Shown here: one piece after another, positions 17,881-29,820 of the stretch
How positions within the stretch are numbered: the stretch's first letter is position 1
Layout of the letters: the number at the start of each line of letters is the position of its first letter
Sequence record: ON528728
DNA length: 64,000 nucleotides
Source of the DNA: Shigella phage ESh18
Direction: 5' to 3' (one strand)
Program-made: the position numbers and the translations under genes
Notes under the pieces: model-generated
Told to the model about the DNA's origin: nothing
What the model saw: the letters and a program-made list of their open reading frames with translations, nothing else
Databases searched by the model: none

Positions 17881-18057
17881 TTATGCTTTCTGCTTACCAA
17901 AACGAGAAGCATCATCTCGAAGAACCGCACGTGCTCGGCGCATGATCTTCTCAACAGTTTGATTGATACGAGAGTTCGACCCACGCTTGTAGCCAGCGCG
18001 TTTAGAATCACCAACTTTCTTTTCAACTGCTTTCTTTGCTTTAACTTGTTTTGCCAT
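17881..18057 (-). CDS. small basic protein, 58 aa from internal ATG
   Basis: Lys/Arg-rich MAKQVKAKKAVEKK...; ORF-track start 18099 may extend it to 72 aa. Confidence 0.45.
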   Translation of the reverse strand: MAKQVKAKKAVEKKVGDSKRAGYKRGSNSRINQTVEKIMRRARAVLRDDASRFGKQKA

Positions 18058-18301
18058 TATAAATTCTCTTTTAAATGAAAATGCAGGACTTATTGGCATT
18101 GCCTGCGCAAGCCCTCAAGGGGGTACTTAGGTTTTGTATATTTACCGACAGGATAACCATAAACCCGTCATCATTCACATTCAAGAGGTACACCGTAAAA
18201 CTGCCGGGGTCTTAAAACTATAATGATTCGCAAATCATTAATCAGACAGTTCGACGGCTCCTCGATTTTAGCTCACACTAAGGCAGTGAATCTCCAATAA
18301 A

Positions 18302-18550
18302 TTACTTCAGTGTTACCACAAAGTGACGAACTGCTTTTCGTGCAGCAGAAGCCAGAGGCTTAGCATATTTAAGTTCATCTTTTTCCTGAAGCTCAGCAGC
18401 TAATGCAGTTTGAGCAGGATTCAGATGTTTAAAATAACGCAGGATTTCAAGAGCTTCGGCTTCAACATCAATAGATGCGCCATAGTTTTCGTGACCATTA
18501 TTCCATGCGTTTCGTTGCAGTTCAAGAGCGTGTTGTAATTGTTTAATCAT
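18302..18550 (-). CDS. rIII: rIII lysis-inhibition accessory protein
   Basis: 82 aa as in T4 rIII; synteny upstream of gene 31. Confidence 0.75.
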   Translation of the reverse strand: MIKQLQHALELQRNAWNNGHENYGASIDVEAEALEILRYFKHLNPAQTALAAELQEKDELKYAKPLASAARKAVRHFVVTLK

Positions 18551-18697
18551 TTAAAAATTCTCGTTAGAGATTAAAACTCGGTAGTCACGTTCTTCTGAAT
18601 TTCATCTTCTTTCGACAGATCTCTCAGTTGTAGACTACCACATAGAATTGTTCGGTTAACTTATTATTCCGACACCCAATTCATATTATTATTTATA

Positions 18698-19033
18698 TCA
18701 CTTATAAAGACACGGAATAGCTTTATAGTGACAGGTAACGAATTTTTGCTTAATTTCTTTTGGCTGCTTAAGACCCAGAGCTACAAAAGGATGTGGAACG
18801 TTTCGAATTTGACCAACTGGAAGAGAAGTCAAATCACCAACTTCACAGAAACCTTCAGGAACATCAGGACCAACAGAGTGAATTACACACAGTTCAGGAA
18901 CTTCACCTTGAACACGTTTACCGATAATAAGTCCTGATTCTGTAACTTCTTCATCACCGGCTTGTGCAGGTTCAGAAACTAAAATAACATATTCACCGAC
19001 AGCACGAATTGGTAGCTGTTGTACTTCAGACAT
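18698..19033 (-). CDS. 31: gp31 co-chaperonin (GroES-like)
   Basis: 111 aa; sequence recognised as T4 gp31. Confidence 0.9.
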   Translation of the reverse strand: MSEVQQLPIRAVGEYVILVSEPAQAGDEEVTESGLIIGKRVQGEVPELCVIHSVGPDVPEGFCEVGDLTSLPVGQIRNVPHPFVALGLKQPKEIKQKFVTCHYKAIPCLYK

Positions 19034-19063
19034 CGTTTTTCCTTTTTGTTAACAGATGAATTA

Positions 19064-19088
19064 ATAATAACAAATAATTCTTAAAGCA
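19064..19088 (-). promoter_or_regulatory. middle promoter for gene 31: MotA box TGCTTTA, 12-bp spacer, -10 TATTAT
   Basis: Minus strand aaTGCTTTAagaattatttgtTATTAT about 30 nt upstream of the gene 31 ATG. Confidence 0.6.
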
Positions 19089-19089
19089 T

Positions 19090-19398
19090 TTATTTACCAA
19101 TAAATTGAAGCAAATGCTCAACTTTCATACCATTAACGGAAATCAATTTGTCAATAGAAAAACCTCGCCACGCACCAAGCTCAACATCAAATACTGGAAT
19201 CATGTCAGTAGATTCTTTCCGAGTAGATTCAGTCAATTTACCAGTTTGCATGGTTGGCATAAAGTCTGCATCACGAGTACCTTTCATAGTACGAATAGTA
19301 CCGTCAGACTTTTCAAAAACTACGTTTGAAACACCCATGGACAGTTTAGTTTTCAAAATTTCACGAATTGCTACTTTCTGCTCAGTTGTCAGTTTCAT
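19090..19398 (-). CDS. hypothetical protein, 102 aa
   Basis: ORF track; synteny. Confidence 0.55.
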   Translation of the reverse strand: MKLTTEQKVAIREILKTKLSMGVSNVVFEKSDGTIRTMKGTRDADFMPTMQTGKLTESTRKESTDMIPVFDVELGAWRGFSIDKLISVNGMKVEHLLQFIGK

Positions 19399-19635
19399 TT
19401 ATTTACCTATTACAGTTTTAATATGAGTTGTTCCACGTTCTTTAAGGGTGGAAAGTAATTTTTGGCATTTTTCTAAATCAGATTTCCAACTATACGGTCT
19501 ATCAATACTAGTCCAATCAGTTTTATAATACTGTTTCCATTTAGAGAAAAAATATTTCTTATACTCTACAGCAAATGAGATGTTCTCGTTAGAATAAGAA
19601 CTAATTGCTGTAAGCTTTACCAAACGAAATTTCAT
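19399..19635 (-). CDS. hypothetical protein, 78 aa
   Basis: ORF track; synteny. Confidence 0.5.
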   Translation of the reverse strand: MKFRLVKLTAISSYSNENISFAVEYKKYFFSKWKQYYKTDWTSIDRPYSWKSDLEKCQKLLSTLKERGTTHIKTVIGK

Positions 19636-20216
19636 TATTCACCACAGAATTCGTTGATATTTTCCCAATTTAACTTATTCAAGTTTTTCTTAGGAACATT
19701 AAACACTTCAATACCTGCATTTCGCAGAATATCATCCCAGCCAGGTTTATTTTTATCATATGTTTCGCAATAAACCAGCTTTTTAATACCAGATTGAGCT
19801 ATTGCTTTTGCGCAATCTGGGCAAGGAGAAAGTGTTACATACATAGTAGCACCTTCAATAGAAGAACCATTTCGTGCAGCAAACAAAATTGCATTTAGTT
19901 CAGCATGAATTTCATTTTTAGACGACCATTCAGAGTGAGCGCTACGATGTTCTTTCGCCAAAACAAAACGATCAGTTGAACCAAATGATACGCATTCAGG
20001 CTTATGACCTTGAATGATAGTGTGTTTAGGCTTATTCAACAACCAACCTTGCTCAGCAGCATAATCACAACAGTTCACACCCCCTGCTGGGGAACCATTA
20101 TACCCAGTAGAAATAATACGTCCATTCTTTTCAATTACTGCTCCTACCTTCCAGGAGCAACATTTTGATTCCTGTGATACTAAATATGCAATTTGAAGTA
20201 CTGTACTCGCTTTCAT
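19635..20216 (-). CDS. cd: dCMP deaminase
   Basis: 193 aa; zinc-dependent cytidine/dCMP deaminase motifs (HAELNAI, PCPDC). Confidence 0.9.
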   Translation of the reverse strand: MKASTVLQIAYLVSQESKCCSWKVGAVIEKNGRIISTGYNGSPAGGVNCCDYAAEQGWLLNKPKHTIIQGHKPECVSFGSTDRFVLAKEHRSAHSEWSSKNEIHAELNAILFAARNGSSIEGATMYVTLSPCPDCAKAIAQSGIKKLVYCETYDKNKPGWDDILRNAGIEVFNVPKKNLNKLNWENINEFCGE

Positions 20217-20551
20217 TTCATAATCACCAGATAAGCAGATTTAGCAGTTTCAACACGATAAATTTCGTGACGAAGTTTAGTTATACTTTTAATAACAGAA
20301 CTAATTATATTCTGCCCATCTTTAAAGCGGTTTTTCTTATCAATAAAAATTGCGCCAACCATCTTTTTGTGAAGCTCAACTGGATACTTCGTCACAATAA
20401 TAGCATCATACACAGAAGGATGAATACTATTCACCAGAGTATCATTCATTAAAGTTATTCTAATGAACTGTGCTGTTTCAGAATCAAGCGCTCTATGATC
20501 GCCAGCATCATTTTCAAGACAATTATCAATTATATCAGTTAAATTCATCAT
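20213..20551 (-). CDS. hypothetical protein, 112 aa
   Basis: ORF track; overlapping operon. Confidence 0.5.
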   Translation of the reverse strand: MMNLTDIIDNCLENDAGDHRALDSETAQFIRITLMNDTLVNSIHPSVYDAIIVTKYPVELHKKMVGAIFIDKKNRFKDGQNIISSVIKSITKLRHEIYRVETAKSAYLVIMK

Positions 20552-20787
20552 AGTACGCCATACACCCTTTGTGCTTCAACTAATCCATCAAAATCCAATT
20601 TAAGATGCGATATTTGATCGCCATCACCTGGATTCACAATTACTAATACTGAACGAGGAGTTTCGGTAATAACACGAACCGATGTTTCAGGAAATCGTTC
20701 AGAAACCTTATTTACTAATTCCTGCGCAAATAGTTTAACTTTTTCTTGGAATTCTTTAACAGTAATTGGTTTTTCACTTAGCAGCAT
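20548..20787 (-). CDS. hypothetical protein, 79 aa
   Basis: ORF track; early promoter upstream. Confidence 0.55.
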   Translation of the reverse strand: MLLSEKPITVKEFQEKVKLFAQELVNKVSERFPETSVRVITETPRSVLVIVNPGDGDQISHLKLDFDGLVEAQRVYGVL

Positions 20788-20816
20788 TTTGTTTTCCTCA
20801 TTTGTTTGGTAGAGCT

Positions 20817-20846
20817 ATAATATCACAACTCTACCGTAAAGTAAAC
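20817..20846 (-). promoter_or_regulatory. early promoter: -35 GTTTAC, 18-bp spacer, -10 TATTAT
   Basis: Minus strand GTTTACtttacggtagagttgtgaTATTAT. Confidence 0.55.
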
Positions 20847-20848
20847 TA

Positions 20849-21124
20849 TTAAATTGCTTTGAATTCTGCTGTCTGCGATTCAAAACGAATGTCGCCTTTG
20901 ATAACTAACTCAGCATCAAGACCGAATACAACAATGATATGCGCGGAACCTGGATATAGCGTAATTGCAATAGAATCCACCTGGTCTGGAAGCAAAGTGT
21001 TCAATACATGAGTCACTTGAGCATGAATTCGAAGCTCGGCTGCGTTATCAAGCTTTTCAAACATATTATTAGCAATAATTTGGCTAAACACTACTTCTAC
21101 GATTTTAGAATAAGTCGGAAACAT
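20849..21124 (-). CDS. hypothetical protein, 91 aa
   Basis: ORF track. Confidence 0.5.
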   Translation of the reverse strand: MFPTYSKIVEVVFSQIIANNMFEKLDNAAELRIHAQVTHVLNTLLPDQVDSIAITLYPGSAHIIVVFGLDAELVIKGDIRFESQTAEFKAI

Positions 21125-21126
21125 AT

Positions 21127-21319
21127 TTACCTCACATAATTTTCTTCAAGCCAATCAATAACATCCAATGCATTATCAAAAGTTGAACCATCTACTTTGT
21201 CTTCTGTTTCATAATCAAGAACATCTAGGCCTAATCTTCCGTTAACAATAGGCCATAGACAAAATAGATATTTCTTTTCTTTTTCAATTTTATCACAAAG
21301 ACGATAAATCTTTTCTAGG

Positions 21320-21327
<8 letters not shown>
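21127..21327 (-). CDS. hypothetical protein, 66 aa
   Basis: ORF track. Confidence 0.5.
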
Positions 21328-22724
<1,397 letters not shown>

Positions 22725-22952
22725 TTATTTTTCCTCAACCAATGATTGAATATAATCATACAGGTCTTTAGATGCTTTACCCCACTTATTTTGATATTCA
22801 TTTTTGAGATTAGCACGTGATTGAGCTAATAAAACATCATTAGTTGGAGGTAAAGATTCTAACCGCTGAATCTGGCGTCCATAAATCATTGCAGCCATCT
22901 CGGATTCATAAATCAATCCTTTGAGATGTTCAAATTGATGCCATGAAATCAT
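22725..22952 (-). CDS. hypothetical protein, 75 aa
   Basis: ORF track. Confidence 0.5.
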   Translation of the reverse strand: MISWHQFEHLKGLIYESEMAAMIYGRQIQRLESLPPTNDVLLAQSRANLKNEYQNKWGKASKDLYDYIQSLVEEK

Positions 22953-23248
22953 TTACATTTATCCTCTTTTAACTCTTGACGATAATAGCATATCATAGTT
23001 TTCTGGTCATGTACATATCGTTTTACATCATTAAGCCAAATACGAAATTCCTGAGAATCTTCAAATGGCATACCGACCCAAGCTTTACCATCGATAACTT
23101 TAACTTGCCAAGATAGTTTAGCTTCGTCATATGACTTTATTTGTACAGGCCAATTAGGATGAACTGTTTCTTTCTTTACTTCTAGAGGCTTTGTAGAACA
23201 ACCAACTAGAAGACCAATAGATAATATTACTGCTGATAGTTTAATCAT
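22949..23248 (-). CDS. outer-membrane lipoprotein, probable o-spanin
   Basis: Signal peptide with lipobox LVGC; overlaps the upstream i-spanin-like gene by 4 nt. Confidence 0.65.
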   Translation of the reverse strand: MIKLSAVILSIGLLVGCSTKPLEVKKETVHPNWPVQIKSYDEAKLSWQVKVIDGKAWVGMPFEDSQEFRIWLNDVKRYVHDQKTMICYYRQELKEDKCK

Positions 23249-23598
23249 TTAGAAAGGTCCTGGATGTCTTCTGCGAACTTGTTGAAGGAGTTGTTGATTT
23301 GTTTTTCAACCAATCCTGGCTTATGAGCCACCACATCCGCCTTCTTTGCGTCTTTGCGCAGTTTTTCATTTTCACGCTCAATAGCAGCAATTGCCTCACG
23401 ATTTTTATTATTCATCGCATCAATATAATTATACTGAATTCGCAAATTATTTAATGCTAAGGCGTTTTCATTGGCCGTTTTTGTAATTTCAGTAACCGAT
23501 GTTTCTAATCTTTCTACCTTATTTTTTAAAATAATAGATGTTCCGCCAAATACTATTACAAGTAATAGCAAACCTGCTGTCGTATTACTTAATTGCAT
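23245..23598 (-). CDS. probable i-spanin (N-terminal TMD plus coiled-coil periplasmic domain)
   Basis: 117 aa; hydrophobic N-terminal segment then charged helical region; T4 pseT.3-like position. Confidence 0.65.
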   Translation of the reverse strand: MQLSNTTAGLLLLVIVFGGTSIILKNKVERLETSVTEITKTANENALALNNLRIQYNYIDAMNNKNREAIAAIERENEKLRKDAKKADVVAHKPGLVEKQINNSFNKFAEDIQDLSK

Positions 23599-24095
23599 AA
23601 AGTTTTAATAACCTCTATAATATCGTCTTGAGAAAGACCGTTAATTAAAATATGATGTTCAGCAGGAGATTTAGAAATTTTAAAGCATGCCTCAACATCT
23701 TCTGCCATATCCGATGCGCTACGATTTGGATTACTAATTCCAAGACGATGTTTTCCCGTTAAAGGATTAACGATGATATAGCATTTACAGTTGTTAATAT
23801 GAACATTAGGTTGAGTCTGATTAATGAACACATCACAATCATACTTAGCGAGTTGATTTTCTAAAAAGACTTTCATCTCTTCAACCGCATCAGGAAGCAT
23901 ATCACGAGCTTGCTCAAGACGACGATTTCGATATTCTTTAATGGTCGTTTTCCGCTTGACTTGCTTAGCTAAATCTTTCTTAAGATCGGTGATATATCCA
24001 ACTCGACGATTTCCTTTGAATACAGAAATCCCATCTGTAGTATCACCGTATGCTTCAACGACCATTTCAGTAGTAATAAGCTGCAAATCCATCAT
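23589..24095 (-). CDS. alc: Alc (host transcription unfolding/termination on C-DNA)
   Basis: 167-168 aa; synteny between spanins and rnlA. Confidence 0.75.
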   Translation of the reverse strand: MMDLQLITTEMVVEAYGDTTDGISVFKGNRRVGYITDLKKDLAKQVKRKTTIKEYRNRRLEQARDMLPDAVEEMKVFLENQLAKYDCDVFINQTQPNVHINNCKCYIIVNPLTGKHRLGISNPNRSASDMAEDVEACFKISKSPAEHHILINGLSQDDIIEVIKTLCN

Positions 24096-24123
24096 AAAGT
24101 CCTCATGTTATGTCAGTAAGACT

Positions 24124-24153
24124 ACTATAACACAACACGAGGGACTTGTAAAC
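24124..24153 (-). promoter_or_regulatory. early promoter: -35 GTTTAC, 18-bp spacer, -10 TATAGT
   Basis: Minus strand GTTTACaagtccctcgtgttgtgtTATAGT; same core as 8777-8806. Confidence 0.6.
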
Positions 24154-24156
24154 AGC

Positions 24157-25744
<1,588 letters not shown>

Positions 25745-25752
25745 AATAAAAT

Positions 25753-25773
25753 GGGCCTTGCGGCCCACTCCTT
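25753..25773 (-). promoter_or_regulatory. denA split Shine-Dalgarno: SD AAGGAG, hairpin GGGCC-GCAA-GGCCC, 8 nt, AUG
   Basis: SD (25768-25773) is 23 nt from ATG 25744 with a 14-nt hairpin (25753-25766) between; same layout as genes 25 and 38. Confidence 0.5.
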
Positions 25774-26950
25774 AAAAATATTTTTTAAAACTCATCATAA
25801 CTTTATCATCAACATCATTATCAATCTGTGCAACAAGATAAGATGACAGTTCTACTTCTTGTGGCGCGGATTGAACATTATCAGAATTAAGATATTCACG
25901 AATCCAAGGATATGGATGTTTAACCGGAGCATCGGTAATTGGGCATGGAAGACCACACTGTTTCATACGAGATACAGTTAAGTAATCAATAAAGCTCCAC
26001 ATGCTATTTGTATTTAATCCAGGAACATCGCCATCTTTAAATAAATGAACCGCCCAATCTTTTTCTTGGCGGTTAACTTCCATGAAAATATCAACTGCTT
26101 CTTGTTCACACTCTTGAGCAATTTTAACCCATTCATCACCATCAGTACCGGATTGAAGCTGACGAATAATATATTGAGTGCCTTTAAGGTGAAGTTGCTC
26201 ATCGCGCGCAATGAACTTCATAATCTTGGCATTACCTTCCATGATTTCCATGTTTTTATGGAAGTTAAAGGTACATGCGAAAGATACATAAAAACGAATA
26301 GCTTCCAATGCGTTGATTACATGCAAACAGAGGTAAAGAGATTTCATTAGCTCATGCTTCCAATATGTCTCATGCTCAATAGCATCTTCAATAACGTCTT
26401 CGTCTGCATTAATTTCTTTTTGGTATTTGATATCAGCTTTAGCGTTTTCCCAATAACGAGTTTTAATCAGAACATCATCATAATAACGTCCAATGGATTC
26501 AGCACGTTTCATAATAGCTTCATCTAATACAATCTCATCAAACACCTTCGATGGATCAGTATAAAGATTTCGCATGATATGTGTATATGAACGGCTGTGA
26601 ATAGTTTCACTAAAAGTCCACGTAGCAACCCATGTATCAAGGCTTGGGTCTGAAATTAATGACATAAGTACAGCAGACGGCGCACGACCCTGAATGCTAT
26701 CCAAAAGTGATTGATATTTCAGATTATTAGTAAAAATATTTTTCTGATACTGAGGAAGCTTATTAAACTGTGCAGCATCCATCATCAAGTTTACTTCTTC
26801 AGGACGCCAGAAAAATGATAATTGCTTTTCGGTTAAATCTTCAAAAACTTTATGACGTTGAATATCATAACGCGCAATACCAAGACCTGAACCAAAAAAC
26901 ATAGGTTCTTTTAAAACATCAACTGGATTTGTATTAAAAACTGTGCTCAT
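25772..26950 (-). CDS. nrdB: ribonucleotide reductase small subunit NrdB (uninterrupted)
   Basis: 392 aa continuous ORF with the NrdB di-iron signature; no intron. Confidence 0.9.
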   Translation of the reverse strand: MSTVFNTNPVDVLKEPMFFGSGLGIARYDIQRHKVFEDLTEKQLSFFWRPEEVNLMMDAAQFNKLPQYQKNIFTNNLKYQSLLDSIQGRAPSAVLMSLISDPSLDTWVATWTFSETIHSRSYTHIMRNLYTDPSKVFDEIVLDEAIMKRAESIGRYYDDVLIKTRYWENAKADIKYQKEINADEDVIEDAIEHETYWKHELMKSLYLCLHVINALEAIRFYVSFACTFNFHKNMEIMEGNAKIMKFIARDEQLHLKGTQYIIRQLQSGTDGDEWVKIAQECEQEAVDIFMEVNRQEKDWAVHLFKDGDVPGLNTNSMWSFIDYLTVSRMKQCGLPCPITDAPVKHPYPWIREYLNSDNVQSAPQEVELSSYLVAQIDNDVDDKVMMSFKKYF

Positions 26951-26976
26951 AAATTTTCCGCTTAGTTAATAGTTGG

Positions 26977-26994
26977 TGACTCGTCCGTGAGTCA
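26977..26994 (-). other. stem-loop TGACTC-N6-GAGTCA in the 51-bp nrdA-nrdB intergenic region
   Basis: 6-bp inverted repeat; the intergenic region is too short for an ORF. Confidence 0.4.
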
Positions 26995-27001
26995 AATTAT
27001 A

Positions 27002-29266
27002 TCATAATTTACAGGATGAACAATCTTCAGCTTTTGGAGTTTCTATTTCATAATCATCAGTACCAGAACCATCACGGGTATTATGATAATAGAAATTTTT
27101 TCCGCCAAAATACCAAAAATACAAAAGGTCATCAATCATTATTGACATTGGAACCTTTCCTTTTGGAAAAATCTGCGGGTCATAGTATGTATTCGCCGAA
27201 GCTGATTGACAAACCCATTTCAGCATAATAGCTACCTGCGTAAGATAAGGTTTATTACCTTTCTTAGCTAATTTCCATGTATAATCATAGAGGTCTATGT
27301 TATGCTCAATATTGGGCACGACTTGATTAAAGGAGCCCTCTTTTGATTCTTTAACAGAGACTGGTCCACGTGGAGGCTCGATACCGTTTGTACTGTTAGA
27401 AACTTGGGAAGATGACTCACATGGCATAAGTGCTGATAATGTGCTATTACGGATGCCAAAGAGCTTAAGGTCTTCCCGCAGCGACGACCAGTCACAAACG
27501 TATTTTGGAGCTGCGATTTGGTCAATCTTTTTATTGTACCAGTCGATAGGTAATTCGCCTCGAGACCAACGAGTGTCTGAATAATATTCGCAAGGTCCTT
27601 TTTCTTTGGCGAGATTAATGGATGCTTTAATGAGTCCATACTGTAATCTCTCAAATAGTTCATGTGTTAAATCGTTAGCATCTTCATAAGAAGCAAAGTT
27701 ACTTGCCAGCCAAGCTGCATAGTTAGTAACACCTACACCAAGGTTTCGACGCTTTTTAGCTTTTTCTGCTTCAGGAACTGGATATCCTTGGTAATCCAAA
27801 AGATTATCAAGAGCACGAACTTGAACTTCTGCCAATTCATTAATTTTATCTTGGTCTTGCCAATCGAAGTTATCCAACACAAATGCAGAGAGAGTACACA
27901 ACCCAATTTCAGCATCAGGGCTATTCACATCATTTGTTGGAATAGCAATTTCACAGCACAAGTTACTTTGACGAATAGGTGCCTTTTCACGAATAAACGG
28001 AGTATAGTTATTCGTATTATCAATGAACTGTACATAAATCCTTGCTGTTCCTGAACGTTCAGTCATGAGCAATTCAAATAGTTCACGGGCTTTAATACGC
28101 TTTTTACGAATATTAGGGTCTTTTTCTGCTGCTTCGTATAATTCACGGAAACGGTCTTGGTCTTTAAAATAAGAATAATAAAGCTCGCCACCCATTTCAT
28201 GCGGACTGAACAAAGTAATGTAATCGTTCTTTCCAAATCGTTCCATCATCAAATCATTCAACTGAACACCATAATCCATATGACGGATGCGGTTTTCTTC
28301 TACGCCTTTGTTATTTTTCAAAACGAGAAGATTTTCAACTTCCAAATGCCAAATAGGATAATAAGCAGTAGCAGCGCCGCCACGAATTCCACCCTGTGAA
28401 CATGATTTAACTGCAGTCTGAAAATGTTTCCAAAAAGGAATAACACCAGTATGGCGTACTTCACCCATGCCAATCTTAGAACCTTCGGCACGAATCATAC
28501 CAACATTAATACCAATTCCAGCGCGTTTAGAGATATATTCAACAATTGAAGCGGAAGCCTTATTGATAGACTTCAACGAATCTCCTGCCTCAATAACAAC
28601 ACATGAACTGAACTGTCGAGTCGGAGTACGACAACCAGCCATAATAGGAGTTGGCAATGAAATCTGTCGGGTTGATACTGCTTCATAAAAACGGATAACA
28701 TGTTTTAATCTATCAACAGGTTCATCTTGATGCAGTGCCATTCCAATAGCCATAAACGCAAACTGTGGAGTTTCATAAATTTGACCAGTGGTTTTATCTT
28801 TAACTAGATATTTTTCTTTTAATTGCATCGCCCCGGAATAAGTAAATTCCATATCCCGCTCGTGCTTAATTTTTGATTCTAAAAATGTAATTTCTTCTGC
28901 TGAATATTTTGACAATAATTCAGGGTCATATTTACCTTCATTTACACAGTAAGAAATATGGTCAATAAATGAACGCGGTTCATACTGCCCGTAAACATGC
29001 TTACGAAGAGCAAACATTAAACAGCGTGCAGCTACATATTGATAATCAGGTTCTTCAACCGAAATAGAATTCGCAGCAGCCTTAATGACAATAGTCTGAA
29101 TATCATCAGTTGTCATTCCATCACGGAGATAAGATTTAATGTTTTCATATAATTCATAAGGATCTACTGATGTTCCTTCAGCTGCCCAAGATAAAACTTT
29201 AATAATTTTTTGCGGGTCAAAGCTCTGAGAAACACCACTACTTTTGATAACATTAATTAATTGCAT
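27002..29266 (-). CDS. nrdA: ribonucleotide reductase large subunit NrdA
   Basis: 754 aa as in T4 NrdA; class I RNR active-site motifs. Confidence 0.9.
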   Translation of the reverse strand: MQLINVIKSSGVSQSFDPQKIIKVLSWAAEGTSVDPYELYENIKSYLRDGMTTDDIQTIVIKAAANSISVEEPDYQYVAARCLMFALRKHVYGQYEPRSFIDHISYCVNEGKYDPELLSKYSAEEITFLESKIKHERDMEFTYSGAMQLKEKYLVKDKTTGQIYETPQFAFMAIGMALHQDEPVDRLKHVIRFYEAVSTRQISLPTPIMAGCRTPTRQFSSCVVIEAGDSLKSINKASASIVEYISKRAGIGINVGMIRAEGSKIGMGEVRHTGVIPFWKHFQTAVKSCSQGGIRGGAATAYYPIWHLEVENLLVLKNNKGVEENRIRHMDYGVQLNDLMMERFGKNDYITLFSPHEMGGELYYSYFKDQDRFRELYEAAEKDPNIRKKRIKARELFELLMTERSGTARIYVQFIDNTNNYTPFIREKAPIRQSNLCCEIAIPTNDVNSPDAEIGLCTLSAFVLDNFDWQDQDKINELAEVQVRALDNLLDYQGYPVPEAEKAKKRRNLGVGVTNYAAWLASNFASYEDANDLTHELFERLQYGLIKASINLAKEKGPCEYYSDTRWSRGELPIDWYNKKIDQIAAPKYVCDWSSLREDLKLFGIRNSTLSALMPCESSSQVSNSTNGIEPPRGPVSVKESKEGSFNQVVPNIEHNIDLYDYTWKLAKKGNKPYLTQVAIMLKWVCQSASANTYYDPQIFPKGKVPMSIMIDDLLYFWYFGGKNFYYHNTRDGSGTDDYEIETPKAEDCSSCKL

Positions 29267-29583
29267 AAGTCCTCAACTTGAAAATCGTCTTTAAACAATC
29301 GGTTAACTATATGAGCTATTATATCACCATGACACGGCTTTGGTTTACATGTGCATCCTAGCCTCATTCCACGTAAAGGCTCTAAATGTGCTTTAGTTAT
29401 TTCTCCGGATTTAATTCGACGTATAAAATCTTTTTTGAATAATTCAATGGCAGCCTCCCGGCTGCCAGCATCTTTACCGACGTAATTTCCCCAAAATGTA
29501 CCACGGTGAATATTAACATCAAAGTCGGATTTGTATTTATTCACTACCCGGCATAGACGGCCCACGCTGGAATAATTCGTCAT
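29257..29583 (-). CDS. hypothetical protein, 108 aa, with C-terminal [11 protein letters not shown] motif
   Basis: ORF track; Cys/His cluster suggests metal binding. Confidence 0.5.
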
Positions 29584-29812
29584 ATTGTTTTTCCGTTAAT
29601 ACAGTAATATCATAGTAACAATCGGAAGAAGTTTTAACTGTGGAAATTTTATTATCAAAATACTCACGAGTCATTTTATGAGTATAGTATTTTTTACCAT
29701 AAATGGTAATAGGCTGTTCTGGTCCTGGAACTTCTAACTCGCTTGGGTTAGGAAGTGTAAAAAGAACAACGCCAGAAGTATCTTTAAATCGTAAAATCAT
29801 ATATCCTCGCAA
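29537..29812 (-). CDS. hypothetical protein, 91 aa
   Basis: ORF track. Confidence 0.5.
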
Positions 29813-29820
29813 TAATAAAA

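Noticed and set aside
18100-18301. 29-codon ORF on the minus strand within the rIII-proximal intergenic block
   Set aside because: No Shine-Dalgarno and no supporting context; region reported as a possible non-coding element instead.
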